A DNA stretch of 40,225 nt from Macrostomum lignano (Eukaryota), in assembly GCA_002269645.1 (NCBI GenBank), contig NIVC01004631.1:1-40225 (forward strand), in the 5' to 3' direction. Below, piece by piece: positions 22,340-34,809 of the stretch. Numbering within the stretch: the first letter of the stretch is position 1; each line of letters begins with the position of its first letter. A program made the translations under genes and the position numbers. The notes below the pieces were generated by a model that made no database searches, was not told where the DNA came from, and worked only from the letters and a program-made list of their open reading frames with translations.

Positions 22340-23635
22340 GGAAGGTTCTGGGCTTGTGACATTTGAAGCTTGTGACATTTTGAGCTTGTGACATTTGGAG
22401 CTTGTGATCCATTTGGAGCTTGTGATCCATTTGGAGCTTGTGACATTTGTAGCTTGCGACATTTGTAGCTTGTGATCCATTTGGAGCTTGTGACATTTGT
22501 AGCTTGCGACATTTGTAGCTTGTGACATTTGTAGCTTGTGACATTTGGGGCTTGTGACATTTGAAGCTTGTGACATTTTGAGCTTGTGATATTTGGAGCT
22601 TGTGACATTTGGAGCTTGTGACATTTGTAGCTTGTGACATTTGGGGCTTGTGACATTTGGAGCCTGTGACATTTGGAGCTTGTGACATTTGGAGCTTGTG
22701 ATCCATTTGGAGCTTGTGACATTTGGAGCTTGTGACATTTGGAGCTTGTGACATTTGGAGCTTGTGACATTTGGAGCCTGTGACATTTGGAGCTTGTGAC
22801 ATTTGGAGCTTGTGACATTTGGAGCTTGTGACATTTGGAGCTTGTGACATTTGGAGCTTGTGATACTTGGAGCTTGTGACATTTGGAGTCTGTGACATTT
22901 GGAGCTTGTGACATTTGGAGCTTGTGACATTTGAAGCTTGTGACATTTGGAGCTTGTGACATTTGAAGCTTGTGACATTTGGAGCTTGTGACATTTGGAG
23001 CTTGTGACATTTGTAGCTTGCGACATTTGTAGCTTGTGACATTTGGAGCTTGTGACATTTGGAGCTTGTGACATTTAGAGCTTGTGACATTTGTAGCTTG
23101 TGACATTTGTGGCTTGTGACATTTGGAGCCAGTGACATTTGGAGCTTGTGACATTTGGAGCTTGTGACATTTGGAGCCAGTGACATTTGGAGCTTGTGAC
23201 ATTTGGAGCTTGTGACATTTGGAGCTTGTGACATTTGGAGCTTGTGACATTTGGAGCTTGTGACATTTGGAGCTTGTGACATTTGGAGCTTGTGACATTT
23301 GGAGCTTGTGACATTTGGAGCTTGTGACATTTGTAGCTTGTGACATTTGGAGCTTGTGACATTTGGAGCCTGTGACATTTGGAGCTTGTGACATTGAAGC
23401 TTGTGACATTTGGAGCTTGTGATACTTGGAGCTTGTGACATTTGGAGTCTGTGACATTTGGAGCTTGTGACATTTGGAGCTTGTGACATTTGGAGCTTGT
23501 GACATTTGGAGCTTGTGACATTTGGAGCTTGTGACATTTGGAGCTTGTGACATTTGGAGCTTGTGACATTTGGAGCTTATGATATTTGGAGCTTGTGACA
23601 TTTGGAGCTTGTGACATTTTTAGCTTGCGACGTTC
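22340..23635. repeat. 16-bp minisatellite GGAGCTTGTGACATTT, ~80 copies
   Basis: The 16-aa periodicity in all three - frames equals 3 x 16 bp. Confidence 0.97.
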
Positions 23636-23881
23636 TGAGCCTGTAACGCTCTGAGATTGTGACGTTTTGACTTTACAACTTCAAAATTGGTCTGAGTATT
23701 TGGTTCTGAGCGATATTTCACCTTAATATACGAGTGATAGTAATTTAGTGTACCCAAAGATATATGACATCGTTGACCAATTATTTAACCACAAACAGTT
23801 CCTAACCACAAATTTTTATATTTTTCGCAACATTAAAACAAAACATGAAAATTCATCTGCGGATTAAGCATTTGTAACTAT

Positions 23882-24111
23882 TTAATTAGTAAATCGGTTC
23901 ATCCAACGGAACAGCCCCAGACCGAACTTGACGAACATGCCGGCGTAGCACAGCTTCTGCTCTCGGAAGCTCACCGTCATGCAGCACAGATGGGCCTGGA
24001 AGCTGCTCAGCATGATGCAGAATGCCACCTGCACGTTGGAGAGAAAGTACATCAGCAGGTAGCTGTTGATGAAGGTCATGTAGGACTGGCTGCGGCGCTC
24101 ACTCTTTGTAA
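23882..24111 (-). CDS. CD20/MS4A-like protein, exon 2 (TM4 and Cys-rich juxtamembrane segment)
   Basis: Acceptor cctcatcgcAG; INSYLLMYFLSNVQVAFCIMLSSFQAHLCC resembles MS4A TM4. It either ends at TAA 23882-23884 or splices onward near 23937. Confidence 0.55.
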
Positions 24112-24306
24112 CTGCGATGAGGACAGACGGGCGATATGGAGAAATAAATTGGCATCTTAATGTTAATTAATTCAAACACACCCACACGAAGACAAACACT
24201 AATGAAAAAATTAAGAAAACACGAAGGAAGTCAATACGACTGAAGCTGAGACCAACCTAGACAGACAATAAGACAGATATGAAGACAGACACTAGAATTT
24301 TAAAAC

Positions 24307-25040
<734 letters not shown>

Positions 25041-25047
25041 AGATCAC

Positions 25048-25465
25048 ATTGCGCACTGTTGTAACCAAGCGCGGCGATGCTGAGCTGTCTCTGAGACATG
25101 TGAACGGCCAGGGCGCCAGTCAGGTGCGAGAAGCCCAGAGGCGGCAGCAGCACGGCCAGACAAGCGCAATTGGCTAGCAGGCAGGCGTACGTGAAACCGC
25201 AGGTGCTCCACATTCGGACACCGCGAATCAGGAAGCCGCAAACGATGACACAGAGGCCGCACAGCAGGTGGCTGAGGTGGATCAGAGGGCGCAGCTTGTC
25301 GAGATCTGGACGGGTGCTCATCATCATCTGCAGGCCGGTGGTCACCTGCAGACTGGCGCCGAACCCCAGCTGAAGGGCGCCGATCTTCTCCATCCATCGG
25401 ATGTTCTCGCGAATCACCAGCAGGTCGCTGCGCCACTGGTTCGCTCGGCGATTCTGGCTGAGCAT
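25048..25465 (-). CDS. CD20/MS4A-like four-TM membrane protein, exon 1 (TM1-TM3)
   Basis: IGALQLGFGASLQVTTGL, HLLCGLCVIVCGFLI and YACLLANCACLAVLLPPLGF follow MS4A-like 'GxxQI', 'xxGxxxIxxG' and 'LxxN' spacing. The donor is weak and its exact position uncertain. Confidence 0.55.
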
Positions 25466-25616
25466 GACTCCGAGTTATAGCGGTTTTGTTCTTGTGTACT
25501 CAACCTCCTGTTTGTCTTGGTTTTTATATGTATTTACATGCCTTGCAGAGCTGGGAACAATTGCGATGCTAAGTAGGTTTTACCATAGACAGATTTTTGT
25601 TCGTCACCCGAGCCGA

Positions 25617-26819
<1,203 letters not shown>

Positions 26820-27061
26820 GTGTCTGCCAGGAATAGGCACAGGGATATGCAAATAAAATCACTGCAGTCCTTAAAAAGCTGAGATGGCTGGTTCTGAGGC
26901 AATTTCCGAAAGATATTTGATACAAAAATTGTTTTTTATGGGTGAAAACTGTTGGCTGTCGGATGTGTTGACACAGCCCAGAGATTGCAGGTTTGTTTGG
27001 CCAGACGCTGTTGTTAGAAATATTTTTTAGGAATAAAATTATTTTAGTATCGAGCTGAAGC

Positions 27062-27277
27062 AATAGGGAGTGACAGTGGCCCTGAAAGATCAGGGAGTGA
27101 CAGCCGGACCTGAAGGATCAGGGAGTGACAGCCGGACCTGAAGGATCAGGGAGTGACAGCCGCCCCTGATGGATCAGGGAGTGACAGCCGCCCCTGAAGG
27201 ATCAGGGAGTGACAGCCGGACCTGAAGGATCAGGGAGTGACAGTCGGACCTGAAGGATCAGGGAGTGACAGCCGACA
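27062..27277. repeat. 28-bp minisatellite GATCAGGGAGTGACAGCCGGACCTGAAG, ~8 copies
   Basis: Direct periodicity; no spacers. Confidence 0.93.
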
Positions 27278-27586
27278 GTAACTCCAGGAATTTCCCATCT
27301 GTAGGCCAAACAGATTTTCGCCAAAGTTGTTCTACCGTAAAAGTCCCTTGGCCCCTGCGATGCCATAAAAATACAGCAGAGGAATTCCTGACACGGTGCA
27401 GATTTTTTAGTAATGAAAGCACAGGCTGAGACTGAGTACAGTCAGACACGGCTTCCTTCATGACAGCCAGCCAATAGGATTGTGTTGAAATATCTGGTTG
27501 GATAAAGTAAACCTGATTTGAGGATAAAACCGTGCATCTGTTGCTTTTAGAAGCAGCGAAACAGCAGCAGAAAGAGTAGCAACAAG

Positions 27587-28768
27587 ATGATGAACGGCAC
27601 GAGTCGGATAAGCAAGAAGACGCTGAGAAAGCAGGTGCTGCTGAGCAGGCTGCAGCAGCTCATGACCAGCTCAACAGCTCACGGAATGAACAAGCTGGTG
27701 CAGTCGGACTCCAACTGGCCCATGAAGGTGGCGTGGTTCGCCATTTTCATTTGCGCCGTGTGCGGCGTCACCGTCCACACCGCCACGGTGATCCGCCTGT
27801 ACTTCAGCTACCCGGTCAGCTCCACAGTTCGCCAGCAGGTCAACGGCTTCGAGTTCCCGGACGTCACCATCTGCGACACAATGCTGAAGAAGTTCTTCCT
27901 GTACAATGTGTCTCACTACGACCGCCGCACGCGGAACCAAGACTACAGCCGCTACTCGCAAGTTGTCCAGACCATGCTGGGCTACCAGTTCGGCTGGGAG
28001 AGCAAGAAGTTCCTCAAGGCCATCTACATCGCGTCCGGGCACAAGTTCAACATGTCGGAGGTCAGCGCCAGAGCGGAAGACTTCGTGCTCTATTGCGAGT
28101 TCGACCAGAAACCCTGCGGATTTGAAAACTTCAGTCTCTACTACGACCGGGAGTACGGCAACTGCTTTACGTTCCAGCCGCAGTCGCGGCAGCTGGAGAA
28201 GGCCGGAGCCGACATGGGCCTCATAATGGTGCTCTACCCGCCATCGGTTGACGCAAACTTTGACGAGGATCGAATAATGAAGACCACAACCGGGCTGGAG
28301 AGCAAAGGCTTCCAGATCACTGTGCACCAGCGGGACACCCAGCCGGATCCGCACGAGTTCGGCATCACGGCCCCCGTGGGGATGCGGGCTGACTTTGCCC
28401 TGTCCCAGACGAAGATCCAACTGGCCAACACCAACACGAGGCCTTGTTCCCCGGCCGGCAAGCAGACCTTCTGGAATCCGTTCTTACGAACTCGTCAAGA
28501 CTACGAGAACCGCCTGTACAACTGCGTTGACAACGAGGACGCCAACCAGATCCAGAGCGTCTGCCGGTGCACTATCGAAGGCCTGATTCCCATCAATGAG
28601 AAGCGACTGCGATCAGCTGACTACTGCCACGACATCCTCGACATGCAGCGCTTCAACGAGACCAGATTTAGAAACCTCTCGAATCTGGTGCAGAGGATCT
28701 GGGGTCGCTACAGCGAGGTCGTGAAGCGGAAGTACGCCAGACTGATTGTAAAGGTTGCTGGTAGTCAG
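27587..28768 (+). CDS. DEG/ENaC amiloride-sensitive sodium channel (FaNaC-like), exon 1
   Basis: Pre-TM1 HG motif (STAHG), TM1, YFSYP, FPDVTIC, YGNCFTF, GFQITVH and thumb cysteines. CAG|GTGAGT donor in phase 0. Confidence 0.93.
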
Positions 28769-28811
28769 GTGAGTCTGTGCTGGGATATGAAGCATTCCCT
28801 GACCAAATAAA

Positions 28812-28870
28812 ATATCAGAGCAGTTGACTCTCGCGCCGCAATCCCTGGTTCGATTCCGTGGGCGCGGCCA
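28812..28870 (+). mobile_element. tRNA-derived SINE-like head at the start of the ENaC intron
   Basis: GACTCTCGCGCCGCAATCCCTGGTTCGATTCC...CCA contains a perfect GGTTCGANNCC B-box. No complete cloverleaf is visible. Confidence 0.45.
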
Positions 28871-30579
28871 CATTCATTTTCGGCTTGTGCACGAAAACTT
28901 GGAAACTTGGCACGAAAAGTGTTACATGCCTGACAAATTAGAAAGTTTGTCGTAACCCGGGTCGGTTTGAGTGCCCAGTCCGGAATACAATATAGGTTAT
29001 ATGTAATATAACAGGCGTAGTGACGCTCTGTCTCGTACTTATATGGATACAAGCAGGCGTGACGAAGCTCTGCGATAACAGGTTGCTCCGTCTGGTGATG
29101 TGACACTCAGAGTTCACGCTGCGGCTCGAGGTGCGGTGACATTCTCGAGTGCTTATACAGCGGGTATACAGTATAAGTAGAGGTACATTTTAGTTCGAGC
29201 TACATGCTCTCCCGGCGTTATGACGCTCTGGCAAGAACTCCCTGCTCCCCAGAAAAAAAGTGAACTCAAGCAGGCGGCTTACCAGTGGACAAAGTACTGT
29301 TCGCATGTTTATTGATTTTGCTCGTTGGTCTCAAGCGCAGCTCGACTGACTTCTCAATTGGGCTAAGTGACCAAGGTGAACCGTTCCCGTATCGCTCGCA
29401 GTTTCTTTGATTCAGGTTGCTAATGTTGTGTCTCGACCTAATGGCCGCTGGACGGGTCAGGGTTCGGGTCCTCCCGCCTAAGACACCCCGGTCCCAGCCC
29501 TCTACCCCGGCTGCTCCTACGCGCCCTTCGCTCGGCTCGGCGAGAGTTCGCCGGACCGACCACCCTGGGATCAGCGAGAGTTCACTGGTCCCAGGTCCCT
29601 ACAGATCCCGGCCCCACGCGGCAACCCAGGAGAAGAAAGCACGCGCTCACCTCTGCGTTACAGACTTATTCGCGAAGCGTTTATTGGCGAAGCGTTTATT
29701 GGCACGAAGCAGAATAATCAGCGATTGCGGGAGTCACGAGTTATTAGCTTGCAGAGAGCAGGTTTGCAGAGGGACGCCAACGAACGGGATAGAATACAAA
29801 CAAAAAGAAAGAAACGTGTTGCGCAGCACGCTCAGGGCTAGCCCTTAAATAATATTACACAAAAAAGGGGGAGGGGTGGGGCAGAATGGAGAGGGCGAGC
29901 CAAACCCTGGGGCCCAGCCAGCTTATCAGCCAGCCAGCCAATACGAGCAGCCCCAGGGTGAGGCGGGCAAAGAGGGAGGGGGTAGGGTCAGCACCCAGAT
30001 TGGACAGAAGTTGGGCCGGGGGCTGGGTGCAGAAAGGGGTAGGCCAGGGTTAAGGCTTACGCCTCTCACAAACCCTGGCCCGGGCGCGAGACGGGGGACG
30101 GGGCGGGATGGCAAGAAAACTGAAAACACAATCACTGGAAGGGCGCAGCCCAACGCTAATGTTGCTGTTTCTTACTTGGTAACTTAAGTCAAGTCTCGCT
30201 TGCAATCTCGGAGCGCAAAAAACCCAGAGTCACGCAATAAATACCAACCAAACCCTGAGGCAGACGGCCCCACCGGCTAAGCCCACAAAACGAGCAAACT
30301 ACAAAAAAATAGACTGGCCGCGCGGCCAGCCAATCAAAACCCCGCCAAGGGGGTAGGGGGAGGGGCCGCACCCGCGTCAAAGTCGGTCCGGCCGCAGCCA
30401 ACCAGCCCTGAGCACGGGGCAGGGGCACGGCTGGGGAGGGGCACGCGCAAAGCCCGGCCGCCGGCCAGACCCTGCTACGCCCGCCAACCCCCAAACCAGC
30501 CAACCGACAAGGGCGCATGCACTACAAGTTAAAGGGCCGCTGTACACCATGTGTGAGCGTGTGCCTGCTCAGAGGTCAG

Positions 30580-31509
30580 TGGAATGTCGCACTCGATCTG
30601 CTGCAGTTCCCAGAGCCGCAGAGTTTCACAGCATTCGGAGTTACCCGAGATTTCGGTTCAGCTCGCGCCCAACAACTCCCGCAGGCAATCCGAAGCTTCC
30701 CCGAGTTGGCCGAACGCCTTCGCAATGTCGAATGCGCCAACCATTTCTCGCCGAAGCAGGCCAGGTCCGATTGTCTGAACGAGTGCCAGTACAGCGAGTA
30801 CTCGTCCGCCATCGCCCTGGCCGAGTGGCCCGACCGCTCCTTCAGCAGCCGCGGCAGCCTCATCCGCACCAAGAAGCTGGGCAGCGTGCTGGCTGACTAC
30901 ACTCGACGAGTGGCCAACTGCAGCCCGCCGGCAGCGCTGATCACATCGCTGGGCATCAGCAACCGCAGCGTCTCCGGCTGCAAGGAGGACGACTACCCGA
31001 ACTACGATCAGACGCCGCTGGAGAACACCACCTGCGGAGACTTGCAGTCGTTTGTCAGCAACACGCTGGTGCAGGTGCGGGTCTACCCCAAAACCCTGAC
31101 CATCAGAATGCTGCTCGAGGTTCGCTCCTACGAGCTGGAGAAATTGTTCAGCGACATTGGCGGCATCCTCGGCCTGTGGGTTGGCATCAGCGTGATCACC
31201 ATATTTGAGCTGGCGGAGATCGCCATCATCACGGCGGTGTACCTGTACAACCTGGTGCACGCCAAGGCAGGCATCGGGGACCCGTCCGCTTGGCGGCTCC
31301 GCTGCGGTCAGACATCAAGAAGTTCAAGCGAACCTGAGCCACATCACCTGCCCAGCTGCAATGGAGTTCCTTCGCAGCAGCAGCAGCAGCAGCATCCCCA
31401 TCAGGATCCGGAGCCTCCCTGGCTGCCTTCAATATCAGCTCACGGCTGCGGCGGCAGCGACAGCAGATCCGTGATCTGCATCAAATACGACTTTGAGACA
31501 AATCTGTAA
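30580..31509 (+). CDS. DEG/ENaC channel, exon 2 (thumb end, knuckle, TM2, C-tail)
   Basis: DCLNECQYSEY...AEWP and TM2 FSDIGGILGLWVGISVITIFEL with the GxS selectivity filter; stop TAA at 31507-31509. The phase-0 acceptor is at 30579 or 30606. Confidence 0.9.
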   Translation, partial: WNVALDLLQFPEPQSFTAFGVTRDFGSARAQQLPQAIRSFPELAERLRNVECANHFSPKQARSDCLNECQYSEYSSAIALAEWPDRSFSSRGSLIRTKKLGSVLADYTRRVANCSPPAALITSLGISNRSVSGCKEDDYPNYDQTPLENTTCGDLQSFVSNTLVQVRVYPKTLTIRMLLEVRSYELEKLFSDIGGILGLWVGISVITIFELAEIAIITAVYLYNLVHAKAGIGDPSAWRLRCGQTSRSSSEPEPHHLPSCNGVPSQQQQQQHPHQDPEPPWLPSISAHGCGGSDSRSVICIKYDFETNL

Positions 31510-31544
31510 GGCACCGAGACGGCGCTTCTTGATAGCAGTGGCGC

Positions 31545-31905
31545 TAAGAGACAGGGGCGCCAACTAAGAGCCCCCAAGAAGAGACAGGGGCGCCCCCCAA
31601 GAGACAGAGGCGCCCACCAAGAGACAGGGGCGCCCACCAAGAGACAGGGGCGCCCACCAAGAGACAGGGGCGCCCACCTACAGACAGTGGCACCCACCAA
31701 GAGGCAGGGGCGCCCACCAAGAGACAGGGGCACCCACCAAGAGACAGGGGCGCCCACCAAGAGACAGGGGCACCCACCAAGAGACAGTGGCGCCCACCAA
31801 GAGACAAGGGCGCCCACAAAGAGACAGGGGCGCCAAGAGACAGGGGCGCCCAACAAGAGACAGTGGCACCCAACAAGAGGCAGGGGCGCCAAGAGACAGA
31901 GCACC
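31545..31905. repeat. 20-bp minisatellite GAGACAGGGGCGCCCACCAA just downstream of the ENaC stop
   Basis: Direct periodicity. Confidence 0.93.
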
Positions 31906-32375
31906 CAATATTGGCTCCCCCAAGTGTCAATTATCTTCCCAGAAACATTTCCTGCTCTCGCCACTGATTAACACTGCACAAATTTGAGCATGACAGGCTG
32001 TGAAGGCAGGCAGTAAACTCACAATTGTTTTATTATCAATTTACTCACATTCAACAAGTATTTTGTGTCTGCCATGCTATTGCTTTATTGTAAGCCATAT
32101 GTAAATATTAGGCGATATTTTTTAACTTGATATCCCCCATCCAGGATTGTTTACTGGAGAAAAATAACAGCTGTCTCGCCAATGTATTCCGCACAAAAAC
32201 CCCGGCCACCAGCAAAACATTCTGCTTTAGCTTTTAAAGGGTATTTATCTTGCGAAAAAAGAATTCGTGTTTGTTATAAATTTCGACTTTTAATTATGAT
32301 CCAAACTCTCCCTAACGAATAGTTACTCAATAAAAATCAATTATTAGAGTTAATTTGTCGCATAATTTCAGCAGA

Positions 32376-32615
32376 TAGAATGCAGTGGCGCCAAGATAGA
32401 ATGCAGTGGCGCCAAGATCGAATTCAGTGGCGCCAAGATCGAATGCAGTGGCGCCAAGATCGAATGCAGTGGCGCCAAGATCGAATGCAGTGGCGCCAAG
32501 ATCGAATGCTGTGGCGCGAAGATAGAATGCAGTGGCGCCAAGATCGAATGCAGTGGCGCCAAGATCGAATGCAGTGGCGCCAAGATAGAATGCTGTGGCG
32601 CCAAGATCGAATTCA
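32376..32615. repeat. 21-bp minisatellite GAATGCAGTGGCGCCAAGATC, ~11 copies
   Basis: Direct periodicity (MQWRQDR-repeat ORF). Confidence 0.95.
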
Positions 32616-33101
32616 GAGGCAAGAATTAAAACCGTGCTAGAATTAGAGCTAGTTTAAACAAACAAAACAAAGCCGGAACTTTGAGCTGTGTGGTATGAGC
32701 AAGCGAGACTGAAGCCGGTCTCATTAGACCGCTCGCATACTGGGCGAACTGCAGTGCTTGCTCGAAAGCAGTCATGCAGTTGCATGCATGTGCCGCGCAA
32801 GAAGATCTCCCATGCCAGCACCGACTCAATCAGCGGGCGAGAGATATACAAAGTTAAAAGGGATGTTTTTAGCCTCGGGCGAGCGTAAAGTCAAACGAAT
32901 TCGGGTGGAAAAGTTATGCAGAGAAACTGCACGGGCCAAAGTTGCCTGACTCTGGCTGCACTTTTATTGTCACGTCTGCTTGGGATGTTTGGGATGTCAC
33001 CTCAGACTATGGTCATTGAGTAATTAATGTATTAGACTTTCCAATTCAATCGTCTTATTTGTCTTCTTAACTGCCAAAGTTTCATTTAGTACACGCGCGG
33101 G

Positions 33102-34190
33102 CATTCTATGACATTCTATGGCATTCTGTGACATTCTATGGCATTTTGTGACATTCTATGACATTTTTGCATTCAATGGCATTCTGTGACATTCTATGAC
33201 ATTCTGTGACATTCTATGACATTCTGTGACATTCTATGGCATTCTGTGACATTCTATGACATTTTTGCATTCAATGGCATTCTGTGACATTCTATGACAT
33301 TCTGTGACATTCTATGACATTCTGTGACATTCTATGGCATTCTGTGACATTCTATGACATTTTTGCATTCAATGGCATTCTGTGACATTCTATGACATTC
33401 TGTGACATTCTATGGCAATCTGTGACATTTTATGGCATTTGTGACATTCTATGGCATTCTGTGACATTCTGTGGCAATCTGTGACATAGTATGGCATTCT
33501 GTGACATTTATGGCATTCTGTGACATTCAATGGTATTCTGTGACATCCTGTAGCAATCTGTGACATTCTATGGTATTCTGTGACATTCTATGGCATTCTG
33601 TGACATTCTATGACATTTTTGCATTCAATGGCATTCTGTGACATTCTATGACATTCTGTGACATTCTATGGCAATCTGTGACATTTTATGGCATTCTGTG
33701 ACATTCTATGGCATTCTGTGACATTCTATGACATTTTTGCATTCAATGGCATTCTGTGACATTCTATGACATTCTGTGACATTCTATGGCAATCTGTGAC
33801 ATTTTATGGCATTTGTGACATTCTATGGCATTTTTGCATTCTATGGCATTCTGTGACATTCAATGGCATTCTGTGACATTCTGTGGCAATTTGTGACATA
33901 GTATGGCATTCTGTGACATTTATGGCATTCTGTGACATTCAATGGCATTCTGTGACATTCTGTAGCAATCTGTGACATTCTATGGTATTCTGTGACATTC
34001 TATGGCATTTTTGACATTCTATGGCATTCTGTGACATTCTATGGCATTCTGTGACATTCTATGGTATTCTGTGACATTCTATGGCATTCTGTGACATTCT
34101 ATGGCATTCTGTGACATTCTATGGTATTCTGTGACATTCTATGGCATTCTGTGACATTTATGGCATTCTGTGACATTCTATGGTATTTTT
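33102..34190. repeat. 10/20-bp minisatellite GACATTCTAT-GGCATTCTGT with higher-order structure
   Basis: Direct periodicity; recurrent TTTTTGCATTCAATG interruptions. Confidence 0.95.
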
Positions 34191-34809
34191 TCAGAATCCT
34201 GATAATACAATGATACTATCTTATATTTTATACATGTAGGATCTGTGACATCTTGTGAAATTCGAGACGTTGTTATGAAATTCGATGATATCCGAATCAT
34301 TCCAATGCATGCACAGACGTTGCAAATTCCTGCGGCTAACACATGTAAAAATAAGTACTCATAATTTCTATTTAATAGCAGAGTATAAGTTAGAATATTA
34401 AAACAATCAGCCTGAGAAATTGGCATTCTAATCAAGGCCGGACCTCATTCAACTGCTCATTTTTGCCAGGCTGGCCAGAGAAAATCAATCTGTTTAACCC
34501 TTTCGACCCTGGCCAAGCCTGCAAAGCAAATCCCCTCTTATCCCCATTTTTGTTTCGACGAAATTCCCTGTCATCACTTAGGAAGGGGATTAAAGAATAT
34601 TTTAAATGAATTCTCCATAGGATTAATGATATCTGCTCCATAGTGGGAAATTGCTGTTGAAATATTTTCCTATGACGAATATGCAAGTTGAACTACAAAG
34701 GGGATTCGTATAGCTGAGGACTATAAAAACGAATTTTTCTGTATTGCAAACCTTTCCTGCAGGTACAAATACATTGGGTTTCTATTGATCTAATTCATTG
34801 ATTCCTAGA

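Noticed and set aside
22224-23617. 400-aa ORFs (MSQAPNVTSSKCHKLQ...)
   Set aside because: Translation of the 16-bp minisatellite in all three minus frames.
27062-27277. 28-bp direct repeats as a CRISPR array (also considered for the 36-bp array at 38.7 kb and the 37-bp array at 2.5 kb)
   Set aside because: The units are contiguous with no unique spacers, there are no cas genes, and the context is spliced eukaryotic DNA.
27671-28461. Antisense and alternative-frame ORFs over ENaC (and 30549-31432)
   Set aside because: Shadow ORFs of a GC3-rich coding region; no recognisable motifs.
28812-28870. A true tRNA gene
   Set aside because: A B-box and terminal CCA are present, but I could not form acceptor and D stems, so it is treated as a SINE-like head.
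32640-32950. Short ORFs between the 21-bp and 10/20-bp arrays
   Set aside because: No recognisable motif or consistent splice signals; strand and frame cannot be supported.
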